From: Patescibacteria group bacterium
Lineage (GTDB): Bacteria; Patescibacteriota; Microgenomatia; UBA1400; Chisholmbacteraceae
Assembly: GCA_022564195.1 (NCBI GenBank)
Contig: JADFLW010000006.1
Span: forward strand, 2,474-66,473
Length of the DNA stretch: 64,000 nt
Direction: 5' to 3'
Under the pieces are notes generated by a model. That model made no database searches. It saw only the letters and a list, made by a program, of their open reading frames with translations, and was not told the origin of the DNA. The position numbers were made by a program, and so were the translations under genes. How positions within the stretch are numbered: position 1 is the stretch's first letter; every line of letters starts with the position of its first letter. Below, one piece after another: positions 45,928-55,226 of this stretch.

Positions 45928-47019
45928 ATGGAACAACACCCCGTCCCCCAACAAATCTCAGCCTACCACTTCCGCTTGGTCGGCGACATGACCATTAAGC
46001 AGTTCATCGAGCTGTCAGCCGGCGTCGTCGTCGGCTGGATCATCTACTCACTCCCCATCCATCCCATCATCCGCTGGCCATTGGTCATCTCTTCGGTCTT
46101 TGCCGGAGTCACCTTCGCCTTCCTTCCCCTTGAAGAGCGCCCCCTAGACCGCTGGCTCCTAGCCTTCATTAAAGCTGTCTACTCACCCACGCAATACATC
46201 TGGAAGAAATCCGTCATCATTCCGGAATTCTTCGAAGAGATAAAACTGAGAAAAGTGGCAGCCAAGGAAGAACGGGTAGGGGTTGATCGCAAGAAGCTGG
46301 AAGAGTATCTCGAAACCCTGCCCGCCCCAGGGCCTGAAACCTCAATCGATAAAAAGGAGAACCAGTTTATCTCCGACATCATGAAGCTCTACATAGAGGT
46401 CCAACCAAAGGTTGTCACCCCAGTCAAGCCAAAAAAGGCCATCCTTGAGGAGGAACGGATTCCAAAAGTCGCGGTCAGGAAACTCAAGACCCCCCCGCTT
46501 GATCCACGCGCCATCATGCGAGGCGAAATTATTATGCCGAAACGCCCAAAGCCAAGAACCATCCAAGTCCCTGAAATTGAACCGACTCCAGTGGAAAAGC
46601 TGTCCCCGTCACCCGAAACCCCGCCTCCACAGGAGCAAGCGCCCACCGAAACTGTCGCGTCTTCCGGCATCGATCCAACAGGAGCAATAAAGATTCCTTC
46701 CATGAAACAGGTTGCCGAAGCAACCATGGCTCCTGGACTACCGATGCCAGCCCCGCCAACCGAACCAAACGTCGTCGCCGGGATGGTCGTGGACGACAAG
46801 GGCAATATCGTCGAAAACGCAATCGTGACAATTAAAGACCATGAAGGCAATGTCGCTCGCGCCCAAAAAACCAACAAAATCGGCCAATTCTTCATTGCCA
46901 CACCTTTAGAAAACGGGGACTACGAAATCGAAGTTGAGAAAGAAGCCTTAAGCTTTGATATAATTAAAATAAAGCTCGAAGGAAAGCTCGTTCTACCCAT
47001 CGAAATCCGAGCCAAATAA
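45928..47019 (+). CDS. PrgI/VirB3-like membrane protein fused to a C-terminal carboxypeptidase-regulatory-like beta-sandwich domain
   Basis: N-terminus MTIKQFIELSAGVVVGWIIYSL...WPLVISSVFAGVTFAFLPLEERPLDRWLLAFIK resembles PrgI family/VirB3. C-terminus GMVVDDKGNIVENAIVTIKDHEGN...GDYEIEVEKE. Confidence 0.4.
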   Translation: MEQHPVPQQISAYHFRLVGDMTIKQFIELSAGVVVGWIIYSLPIHPIIRWPLVISSVFAGVTFAFLPLEERPLDRWLLAFIKAVYSPTQYIWKKSVIIPEFFEEIKLRKVAAKEERVGVDRKKLEEYLETLPAPGPETSIDKKENQFISDIMKLYIEVQPKVVTPVKPKKAILEEERIPKVAVRKLKTPPLDPRAIMRGEIIMPKRPKPRTIQVPEIEPTPVEKLSPSPETPPPQEQAPTETVASSGIDPTGAIKIPSMKQVAEATMAPGLPMPAPPTEPNVVAGMVVDDKGNIVENAIVTIKDHEGNVARAQKTNKIGQFFIATPLENGDYEIEVEKEALSFDIIKIKLEGKLVLPIEIRAK

Positions 47020-47023
47020 CCAA

Positions 47024-48013
47024 ATGCCCACCCCAATCCAAGCCACCACCCAGGAACACCTGGACATCGAGGACATCGTCGAAAATATCATCCTCTTAAA
47101 AGATGGCTCTGCCGCAATGGTCCTCACCACGACAGCCGTCAATTTCGGACTACTTTCCGAGTCTGAGCAAGACGCCACTATCTACGCCTACGCTGCCCTC
47201 TTAAATTCGCTAACCTTTCCAATCCAAATCCTCATCCGCAGCCACCGCAAGGATATTTCAGGATACGAAAAGCTTCTTGCGGAACAAGAAGTGCGCGCAA
47301 TACAGCCCCAAAACAAAGAGCGAATCAGAAAATATAGAGAATTCATCCAAGAAACGGTCAGGGAAAGGAATGTGTTGGATAAAAAGTTTTACATCACCAT
47401 CCCATTCTCCGTCATGGAATTAGGGGTCACCAAATCGGCAACCGCCCTTGTGAAGGGCCGTCGCCGTGGCCTCCCCTTCCCCAAAGACTACATCATAAAG
47501 CGCGCCAAAATGGCTCTGGATCCAAAGTCCGATCATCTGGTGCACCAGCTCGCTCGCTTGGGCCTGAAGGCCAGACAGCTCACCACCAAAGAACTCATTC
47601 AACTCATGTTTGAGATCTACAACCCCGATAGTGCTCAAGGACAAATTCTCGCATCTCCAAAGGAATACGAAACCCCGCTGGTCAAAGCAGCAGTCGCCTT
47701 CCAGGAGAACCCACAAATCACAGGACCAGAGGAAGGGCCACCAACAACCCCACCTCCCCCAGTTGATCCGCCGCCAGCTGCGACTCCCTCCACTGCGCAA
47801 CCTCAACTGCAACCAAAACCAAACGAAACGCAAACGACCGAATCAACTGACCAAGAAGCCCAAGCGGCAATAAACGCCGCAGTGGGCGCCCAAGCACCAG
47901 AAGCTCAACCGAGCCCACCAGAAGCTCAACCGAGCCCACCAGAAGCTCAACCGAGCCCACCAGAAGCTCAACCGAGCCCACCAGAAGCTCAACCGAAATC
48001 GGAGAAAAGGTAA
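47024..48013 (+). CDS. T4SS protein resembling the N-terminal domain of Gram-positive-type VirB4 (PrgJ-like); ends in a PEAQPSP x4 repeat
   Basis: DIVENIILLKDGSAAMVLTTTAVNFGLLSESEQDATIYAYAALLNSLTFPIQILIRS (recalled similarity, not searched). Stop TAA overlaps the ATG of the VirB4 ATPase ORF (TAATG). Confidence 0.45.
   Translation: MPTPIQATTQEHLDIEDIVENIILLKDGSAAMVLTTTAVNFGLLSESEQDATIYAYAALLNSLTFPIQILIRSHRKDISGYEKLLAEQEVRAIQPQNKERIRKYREFIQETVRERNVLDKKFYITIPFSVMELGVTKSATALVKGRRRGLPFPKDYIIKRAKMALDPKSDHLVHQLARLGLKARQLTTKELIQLMFEIYNPDSAQGQILASPKEYETPLVKAAVAFQENPQITGPEEGPPTTPPPPVDPPPAATPSTAQPQLQPKPNETQTTESTDQEAQAAINAAVGAQAPEAQPSPPEAQPSPPEAQPSPPEAQPSPPEAQPKSEKR
47897..47996. repeat. 21-bp tandem repeat (ccagaagctcaaccgagccca) x 4.8, in frame (PEAQPSP)
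   Basis: Perfect copies at the 3' end of ORF 47024-48013. Confidence 0.9.
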
Positions 48014-49962
48014 TGCCGCCACTCATCGATACCATCAAAAGCAAGTTAGCCGGAGGAAAACCACAACCGACTTCATCCACCGCTCAGCCTGGTCCGGCGC
48101 AACAGCCCTCACCCGCAGCGGCCGAAGAAAAAGCGCCAACAAAGGCTGACGGGCCGGCCGAGAAACTTGGAGCCGGGATGGTCTCAATCCAAGACATCAT
48201 CGCCCCAGAATCAATTGATGTCGACTTCAATCATTTAAAAATTGGCAACGCCTACTTCCGCACCCTCTTTGTGGCAGGCTACCCACGATACGTCAGCGCC
48301 AACTGGCTCGCCCCCCTCATCAACTTCGAACACTCACTTGAAGTTTCAATGTTCATCTACCCGGTTGAGGGCCGAGAAGTGCTCGATGAGTTACGGCGCA
48401 AAATAGGGGAAATGGAAGCAGAAGTCGACTCCGACTTCAAGCGCGGCCACATTGCAAGCGTTGATACCGAAATTAAACTTGCAGACGCCAAATCCCTCCA
48501 GCAAGAGCTTGCAAAAGGCGCTGAGCGCTTCTTCCAGTTTGGCCTCTACATCACCATAACGGCCGACTCACTGGATGAGCTAAACTCAACAACCAAGAAA
48601 GTACAGTCCCTCTTAGGGTCGCTCCTCATCGTCTCCAAAGCCTCCACCCTCCAAATGGAGGACGGACTCAAAGCAACGCTCCCCCTAGGACAAGACCACC
48701 TCATGATCACCCGCAACATGGACACCACCTCATTGGCAACAACATTTCCCTTTGCCTCATCGGAGTTAAGTGCCAACGAAGGAATCATGTACGGCATCAA
48801 CGAACACAACGACTCATTAATCATCTTTGACCGCTTCACCCTTGAGAACGCCAACATGGTGATCTTCGGTAAATCAGGATCCGGAAAGAGCTTCTTCGAA
48901 AAACTAGAAATCATGCGCTCCTTGATGTTCGGAACCGAAGTGATCGTCATCGACCCAGAAAAAGAGTACCAACGCATGTGCGAGGCCCTGCAAGGAACCT
49001 ACATCGACTTTCACTTCAATGCCGAGGCAAAAATCAATCCCTTTGACCTCTCAATGATCTACGAAGAAGGGGAAAATGAGCTGGGCTTAAAGATTCTCTC
49101 GCTCCATGGCCTGTTAAAAATCATGCTCGGAGAAGTAAGTCCCAACGAGGAGGCAATTCTCGATCGAGCCCTCATCGCCACCTATAAAGCGAGGGGCATC
49201 ACCCCAAACCCAGACACGCAAAAAAACGAACCGCCCCTCATGGAGGATCTGTACAAAACGCTCATTGGGATGGAAGAAGAGGTGTCAAAGGGCTTGTCCA
49301 ACCGGCTAGAAAAGTACGTCAAGGGCTCCCTGAGAAGCTTTTTCGATCAGCAGTCAAACGTGGACATCAAAAATCCGTTCACGGTCTTCTCCCTCAAAGA
49401 AGTGGAAGATGAAACACGCCCAATTGTCATGTACATGGTGCTCGATTACATCTGGACAAAGGTGAAACGCGACATGAAAAAACGACTTGTCGTCGTCGAC
49501 GAGGCGTGGTACCTCATGAAAAACGAAGACTCTGCAACTTTCCTCTACTCCATCGCCAAGCGCGCCCGAAAATATTTCATGGGACTAACCACCATCACAC
49601 AAGACGTCGAAGACTTCTTAAATACCGACTACGGTCACGCCATCGTCACCAACTCCTCAATCCAAGTTCTTTTCAAACAATCATCAGCCGCAATCGAGCG
49701 TCTTGCGGAGGCGTTCTACCTCTCGGAAGGAGAAAAACACCTGCTGCTCGCAGCAGACGTTGGGGAAGGGCTATTCTTTGCCGGACAAAACCACGTCGCA
49801 ATGCGCGTCGTCGCCTCCTCAGAAGAGCACCGCCTCATCACCACAAAACCAGAAGAAATCCTTGATATTGAGAGAGAAAAGAAAAAGCGAGAACAACGAC
49901 GAGGGCCTAACGCTCCACAGCCCGACCAAGCGCAACAAACAAAATCTCACCCATCAGCCTAG
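48013..49962 (+). CDS. virB4: VirB4/TrbE-family type IV secretion ATPase
   Basis: IGNAYFRTLFVAGYPRYVSANWL N-domain. Walker A GKSGSGKS, Walker B RLVVVDEAWYL. C-terminal VirB4 motifs. Confidence 0.9.
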   Translation: MPPLIDTIKSKLAGGKPQPTSSTAQPGPAQQPSPAAAEEKAPTKADGPAEKLGAGMVSIQDIIAPESIDVDFNHLKIGNAYFRTLFVAGYPRYVSANWLAPLINFEHSLEVSMFIYPVEGREVLDELRRKIGEMEAEVDSDFKRGHIASVDTEIKLADAKSLQQELAKGAERFFQFGLYITITADSLDELNSTTKKVQSLLGSLLIVSKASTLQMEDGLKATLPLGQDHLMITRNMDTTSLATTFPFASSELSANEGIMYGINEHNDSLIIFDRFTLENANMVIFGKSGSGKSFFEKLEIMRSLMFGTEVIVIDPEKEYQRMCEALQGTYIDFHFNAEAKINPFDLSMIYEEGENELGLKILSLHGLLKIMLGEVSPNEEAILDRALIATYKARGITPNPDTQKNEPPLMEDLYKTLIGMEEEVSKGLSNRLEKYVKGSLRSFFDQQSNVDIKNPFTVFSLKEVEDETRPIVMYMVLDYIWTKVKRDMKKRLVVVDEAWYLMKNEDSATFLYSIAKRARKYFMGLTTITQDVEDFLNTDYGHAIVTNSSIQVLFKQSSAAIERLAEAFYLSEGEKHLLLAADVGEGLFFAGQNHVAMRVVASSEEHRLITTKPEEILDIEREKKKREQRRGPNAPQPDQAQQTKSHPSA

Positions 49963-49966
49963 CGCT

Positions 49967-51115
49967 CTATTTTTGAACGCGCACGGGCATGATGACGTGC
50001 AAAAACTCTTCACTCTTTCCGAGTAGCCGAAAAACGCCCGGATCCAAGCTTCCATTCAAAACAAATTGAAGCTTTTCTGAAGGAAAAATCGAAAAAAGCT
50101 CCAAAAGGTACCGGCTATTAAAGGCGGTCTCCCCTCCCGGGCCCTTGAGGCGAACCTCGACCGCACTCTCGCTTGCACCATAAGACGGGGCATTTGCAGA
50201 AATCGTCAGCCCCCGCTTAGCAAGCTTCCAGTGAACAATGTTAGCGCTGTCACGAGCAAAAATGCTGGCTGTGCGAACCGCCCGCACCAAAGGCTCCAGC
50301 TCAATCTCTGCCACAGATTCCTCCTTACGAGGTATAACTTGAGAAAAATTAGGAAACGCCCCATCAATAAGCCTTGTTGTCACCTCTCCATCCCCAATCG
50401 AAAAGACAACCAGATTCTGATCAGAGACAAGACCAATCCTCACCTGAGAAGCTCCCAGCTCATCAGCCAATCGATCAACATCAACGAGCGCCCGCGCTGG
50501 AACGATAAGTCCCTCCCCAATGACAGCCTCAACTGCCTTCCTCCACTTCCCCGCTCCCTTTCCAGAAACACCCGCCACCCTCACTAAACTCAAACGATAC
50601 CCATCCGTCGCAACCAACTGTAAATTCCCGTTCTGCTGTTTCCAGAGAACCCCAGAAAGAACGGGTCGCGTCTCGTCCGTTGAGGCAGCAATGGTGACCA
50701 TCTCAACCGCCCGATGCAACTGTTCATAAGAAAGGTCAAACTCCCGCTTACCTGACAGTTTACCGAGTGACGGATATTCAGAGGCAGCAATCCCCATAAG
50801 ACTCGCTGTGTTTCCAGCGCACGTTACAGTCAAAGATTCTCCATCAAGAGCCATCTCAACGGTCGAGGGAGGAAAAGAAGAAACAAGCTCTCCAAAAACC
50901 TTTGCTGGAACAGAAATCGCTCCCCCTTTCTCTATCTTGGCTCCAACCCAAAGCCGCATCCCCAAATTCAAATCAGTTGCCGTCAATTGCAATCTCCCCT
51001 CACGAGCTTCAAGCAACACATTGGAAAGAATAGGCAGTGATGGTTTAGACGGAACTACCCTAGAAACAGAGGCAAGTGATTTAGAAAGCTTTTCTTGCAA
51101 AACTGAGAGTTTCAT
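49967..51115 (-). CDS. dnaN: DNA polymerase III beta subunit (sliding clamp)
   Basis: Three-domain clamp pattern: LQLTATDLNLGMRL ... LQLVATDGYRLSLVRV ... VIMPVRV. Confidence 0.95.
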   Translation of the reverse strand: MKLSVLQEKLSKSLASVSRVVPSKPSLPILSNVLLEAREGRLQLTATDLNLGMRLWVGAKIEKGGAISVPAKVFGELVSSFPPSTVEMALDGESLTVTCAGNTASLMGIAASEYPSLGKLSGKREFDLSYEQLHRAVEMVTIAASTDETRPVLSGVLWKQQNGNLQLVATDGYRLSLVRVAGVSGKGAGKWRKAVEAVIGEGLIVPARALVDVDRLADELGASQVRIGLVSDQNLVVFSIGDGEVTTRLIDGAFPNFSQVIPRKEESVAEIELEPLVRAVRTASIFARDSANIVHWKLAKRGLTISANAPSYGASESAVEVRLKGPGGETAFNSRYLLELFSIFPSEKLQFVLNGSLDPGVFRLLGKSEEFLHVIMPVRVQK

Positions 51116-51361
51116 AGACCTCCACTACTTACTATTTACTATATATAATACTTTAGCAGTACTAGTAGTAGGAAGTGAGGAAAAGTTAAAAACCCTCCCC
51201 CTTCTTCCAAGAAACCGTAAGATACTGCCTGTGTAAAATCTCCAAGTTTCTGTGGATAACTCTGTGGATAAGTAGCATGAACTTGTGAATAAGTGAATAT
51301 GTTCTGATGGGTTGTTAAGAATTCAACAAAACTCTCCTAAATATACACAAATCGGAACAAC
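51116..51361. promoter_or_regulatory. oriC: chromosomal replication origin (oriC): AT-rich unwinding element plus DnaA boxes
   Basis: Two perfect TGTGGATAA boxes (51251-51259, 51263-51271) and TGTGAATAA (51284-51292). AT-rich tactatttactatatataatac (51131-51155). Lies between dnaA and dnaN. Confidence 0.75.
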
Positions 51362-52741
51362 TTATCCATAGATCTCCTTACGAATGTGTGCTAGCTCAAG
51401 ACGCAACTGCTCAGACGCCGAGAGGGATTTCGTGACCTTCTCAACGGCATGGATCACGGTCGTATGGTCCCTCCCCCCACAGAGAGAGCCGATCTCTTCA
51501 AGGGGAAGCTGATGATAGGTTCGAAGAATATACATCGCGAGATGCCGAGGCGTAACCAGCGATTTTGAGCGACGGGGGCCCTCGAGTGCTGCGAGCGTGA
51601 TGTTAAAGTGCGCCGCGACGATTTTGAGAACTTCTTTCGGCCGTGCGGCTGGGAGCGAACGCACTTCGCTTTCATTGACCCGACCAAGAAGTCCTCTGAC
51701 CAGCTCTTCGGAGATTTCTTGATTTCGCAAGTTCGCTTCAGTAGTTAACCGAGCCAAAAAGCCCTCAAGCCGTCGTGCGCTTTCGATGTTGGCGGCAATG
51801 AGCTTGGCGGTTTCCATAGAGAGAGAAACGCCCAGCGCTTTAGATTTAATGAGAAGAATGGCGGTGCGCAATTCGAAATTGGGTTGCTGAATGTCTATCG
51901 TCAGTCCTCCCTCAAATCGACTACGCAGGCGATCTTCGAGCCCGTCGATTTCGTGGGGCGGCTGGTCACTGACCAAGACGATCTGGCCCTCCTCCTGTAG
52001 AATCGCATTGAACGTGTGAAAGAACTCCTCTTGAACAGCAGTTTTGCCGGCGATGAATTGAACATCATCAATAAGGAGAAGCTTGGTGCTCCGAAACTTT
52101 TTCTTAAAGGGATGGGTTTCCTTGCGCCTGATCGCATCAATGATCCCGTTGGTAAACTCTTCCCCGGTACAGTAGATAAGGGAAGAGCTCGGGTCTCGCA
52201 GCAAAACGGCATGTCCAATTGCCTGAGTAAGGTGAGTTTTTCCGACACCCACCCCACCATAAAGAAAAAGAAGGGTATACGCTTTTCCTGGGGATTTTGC
52301 CACGGCCTGAGCCGCCGCATGCGCCATCTCATTGGAGGGAGACACCGCAAAGGTTGCAAAAGTGAAATCTTCTCTCAGGCGCACGCGCAAGAAGGCATCT
52401 CGGTACTGTTGGTCAAGCGAAGGGGGATCAGATTGAAACAAAGGCCCATTTTCTGGCCGCCCGGCGTCCCGCTCATCGGAAAAATCCCGAACAACAAACA
52501 CAAGCTCGTTTTTCCGATTAGTGATCCTATTGAGAGCATCTTTGATTTGTCCATGATAACGCTCCTCGATAAATTGGCGATGAAAAGCACTTTTGCATGC
52601 AATCTCAACGATTTGCCGGCGAGCGTCAACCCGTTGAATGCGAACCAGTCGCGTCGGGAATATCCAAGTCATGAAATTTCCGCGAGAGAGCGAAACTTCA
52701 AGATCACTCAGAACAGTTTTCCACAATTGATCAGCCTTCAT
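51362..52741 (-). CDS. dnaA: chromosomal replication initiator DnaA
   Basis: Walker A GGVGVGKTHL; LLIDDVQFIAGK; C-terminal DNA-binding DHTTVIHAVEKV. Confidence 0.95.
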   Translation of the reverse strand: MKADQLWKTVLSDLEVSLSRGNFMTWIFPTRLVRIQRVDARRQIVEIACKSAFHRQFIEERYHGQIKDALNRITNRKNELVFVVRDFSDERDAGRPENGPLFQSDPPSLDQQYRDAFLRVRLREDFTFATFAVSPSNEMAHAAAQAVAKSPGKAYTLLFLYGGVGVGKTHLTQAIGHAVLLRDPSSSLIYCTGEEFTNGIIDAIRRKETHPFKKKFRSTKLLLIDDVQFIAGKTAVQEEFFHTFNAILQEEGQIVLVSDQPPHEIDGLEDRLRSRFEGGLTIDIQQPNFELRTAILLIKSKALGVSLSMETAKLIAANIESARRLEGFLARLTTEANLRNQEISEELVRGLLGRVNESEVRSLPAARPKEVLKIVAAHFNITLAALEGPRRSKSLVTPRHLAMYILRTYHQLPLEEIGSLCGGRDHTTVIHAVEKVTKSLSASEQLRLELAHIRKEIYG

Positions 52742-52965
52742 GGTGTATACGGGCAGGAGACGATGCCTTTATCTGGGTTGAAGACGTCGATAGCGAACAG
52801 ATCTTTGCAAGTTTTCCACAACGAGTCAACCCACAAATTCCCCAAAACAAAGCCCCACGACGATGGCGCGATGGATGCTCACAGCGCAATAATGGAATGA
52901 ACTTTCTCAGACAGGTCAAATCATGCTAAAATAACAATTAAATCTTAAATCTCAAATCGTAATTC

Positions 52966-53115
52966 CATGCCGAAGCGAACCTGGCAACCAAAGAAAAAGA
53001 AGAGAGCTCGCAAGCACGGCTTCCGCAAACGGATGAAATCTTCATCCGGAAGAGAAGTCATCAAGCGCCGCCGCACGAAAGGAAGAAAACGCCTGGCAGT
53101 CAGCGTCCGCTTCTA
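52966..53115 (+). CDS. rpmH: 50S ribosomal protein L34
   Basis: [23 protein letters not shown]...GRKRLAVS. The 49-aa ORF is below the track cutoff and was read directly. Canonical rpmH-rnpA order. Confidence 0.9.
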
Positions 53116-53306
53116 GCAAGGGAATCGTAAAAAAGTGATTTTCATCGAATTATTAATGAAACAATGCTTGCCCACCGCAGCATTCGGCTCACAAAACGGC
53201 TGAATAAGCAGTCGAGTACCAGACGATACCCGACTAGCCAGGCATCGGATGGTACTTGGAAGTCTGTGTGAAGCCGAAATGCGAAGGTGGGGAACAATGA
53301 AGTGAC

Positions 53307-53654
53307 ATGCTTCCTCAGAAACACCGCCTCTCACTATCTAAAAGACCACAACGAAGAAAAAGGGAAGAAAGGCTCATTCAGGGAGAGTATTTTGGGCTAT
53401 TGGTAGGCAAGCAAGACACGGATGCCGACTCCCGCTTCGCAATCATCGTAAGCGCGAAGGTGGCCAAAAAGGCAACGCAAAGAAACAGGACCAAACGCCG
53501 ATTGACCGAAGCAATACGTTCCCTGGTAAAAGACACCAGAAAAGGATTTGACATTGTACTCTTAGTAAAAAAGAAAGCGACAACCGCAAGCGTGGATGAG
53601 CTCCAAAGCTCAATCCAACACACGCTTCGCAAAGCAGGAATAGTAAAGCAATGA
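53307..53654 (+). CDS. rnpA: ribonuclease P protein component
   Basis: Basic 115-aa protein, RLTEAIR...FDIVLLVKKKA pattern, position after rpmH. Confidence 0.8.
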   Translation: MLPQKHRLSLSKRPQRRKREERLIQGEYFGLLVGKQDTDADSRFAIIVSAKVAKKATQRNRTKRRLTEAIRSLVKDTRKGFDIVLLVKKKATTASVDELQSSIQHTLRKAGIVKQ

Positions 53655-53869
53655 AAAAGCTGGTCCTCAGCCTCATTCGCCTCTATCAACACGTAGTGCC
53701 ACTCCGCATCGCGAGAGGAGCCTGTCGGTTCCAACCGACCTGTTCTCAGTACGTATATGAGGCCATAAAGAGGTATGGTATAGTAAAGGGCGTTTTTCTT
53801 GGAACAAAAAGAATAGCAAGATGCCACCCATGGTCCAAAGGAGGCGTCGACCCCATCCCCAGCCTCTAA
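53651..53869 (+). CDS. yidD: membrane protein insertion efficiency factor YidD
   Basis: LIRLYQHVVPLRIARGACRFQPTCSQYVYEAIKRYG is the YidD signature. Start overlaps the rnpA stop. Confidence 0.85.
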   Translation: MKKLVLSLIRLYQHVVPLRIARGACRFQPTCSQYVYEAIKRYGIVKGVFLGTKRIARCHPWSKGGVDPIPSL

Positions 53870-53926
53870 ACCCTAAACGCTATACCTTGATACCCTAAAC
53901 CCTAAGAAGCTAAAAACCCTATTCCT

Positions 53927-54718
53927 ATGCCGATATTCAACACCCTCCTCTATCAACCGCTGCTGCAGACACTGACATTCCTAACCAACGTCTTAGGAGG
54001 AAGCTTTGGATTTGCAATCATAGCCCTGACGTTCTTGTTAAGAACGGCAATGATTCCCTTAACCCTTCCAACAATGCGCTCCGCTCAGAAGATGAAAGAC
54101 ATAAAACCTCACCTTGACGAGCTGAAAAGAAAACACGGGAAGGACAAGAAGCGCTTCCAGAAGGAACAACTCAATCTGTACAAAGAGCACGGCATCAACC
54201 CTGCGGCGGGGTGTCTTCCCACCATCGTTCAGTTTGCAATACTCATCGCCATGTATCGGGTATTTATTGATTTCATAGAGAACGGAAATGGAGGCGGCAT
54301 TGCAGCAGACATGCAATTTCTCTGGCTGGATCTTACAAAACCGGATCCGCTCTACATCCTTCCGCTCGTGGCAGGAGGAACACAGCTCATACTCTCACAA
54401 ATGCTTATGGCTGGAAAAGAGCATCATAAATCAGAAGACTTGAAAAAAAGCGCAAGAGAGAAGCAAGAGCGGGGAGCAAAAAAAGCAAAGGCAGACGAAG
54501 ACAAAACATTGGATATGGCAGGGGCGATGCAAAAACAGATGCTGTACGTGATGCCCCTCATGACGGGACTGATCGCCCTCAGCTTTCCCTCAGGACTGGC
54601 ACTGTACTGGGTAGCGACAACCATATTTTCTCTAGTTCAGCAATACGTGATCAGCGGTCCAGGAGGGCTTGCCACAGTAGTTGAAAAATTACGAGCCAGG
54701 AGGCGAGATGGAAAGTGA
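53927..54718 (+). CDS. yidC: membrane protein insertase YidC/Oxa1 (short form)
   Basis: IALTFLLRTAMIPLTLPTMRS...QLNLYKEHGINPAAGCLPTIVQFAILIAMY. Confidence 0.85.
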   Translation: MPIFNTLLYQPLLQTLTFLTNVLGGSFGFAIIALTFLLRTAMIPLTLPTMRSAQKMKDIKPHLDELKRKHGKDKKRFQKEQLNLYKEHGINPAAGCLPTIVQFAILIAMYRVFIDFIENGNGGGIAADMQFLWLDLTKPDPLYILPLVAGGTQLILSQMLMAGKEHHKSEDLKKSAREKQERGAKKAKADEDKTLDMAGAMQKQMLYVMPLMTGLIALSFPSGLALYWVATTIFSLVQQYVISGPGGLATVVEKLRARRRDGK

Positions 54719-55226
54719 CGTGAGCGCCATAGAACAAACGGTAAAAGAACTATTGGAGTCTCTGGGTTTTTCACAAGTAGAGATAAAAGCAGAATCGGGT
54801 GAGGAAGAAACGACCGAGGTGCAAATTGAAGTTTCTCCAGAAGATTCTGGAATGCTCATCGGCTTTCATGGAGAAACACTCTCCGCACTGCAGCTTGTTG
54901 TTGGACAGATGGTATTTAAGAAACTTGGGGAGTGGCGCCGAGTCGTCATAAACATCGGGGACTATCGTGAGAAGCGTGCAAAATCACTAGAAACCATGGC
55001 GCTGAACGCCTCCGAGCGAGTGAGGATGACAAAACAAGCCATCGTGTTACCCTATCTAACCAGCAGCGAGCGCCGCCTTATTCATGTATCACTCTCATCC
55101 GATCCTGACGTGCAAACTTATTCTGAGGGAGAGGGAAGAAGGAGAAGACTAGTCATAGGTCCAAAAGAGGAGAAGGGGGAAAAAGAGCAAGAGCAAAAGA
55201 TGGATGAAAAGACCAACCAAAGTTGA
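54708..55226 (+). CDS. jag: Jag/KhpB (KH + R3H domain RNA-binding protein)
   Basis: KH-like region and R3H motif; position after yidC. ATG 54708 with AGGAGG SD. Confidence 0.7.
   Translation: MESDVSAIEQTVKELLESLGFSQVEIKAESGEEETTEVQIEVSPEDSGMLIGFHGETLSALQLVVGQMVFKKLGEWRRVVINIGDYREKRAKSLETMALNASERVRMTKQAIVLPYLTSSERRLIHVSLSSDPDVQTYSEGEGRRRRLVIGPKEEKGEKEQEQKMDEKTNQS

Noticed and set aside
47897-47996. Possible CRISPR or other repeat element (21-bp perfect repeats)
   Set aside because: Contiguous repeats without spacers, in frame within a coding sequence (PEAQPSP), so it is a coding low-complexity tandem repeat.
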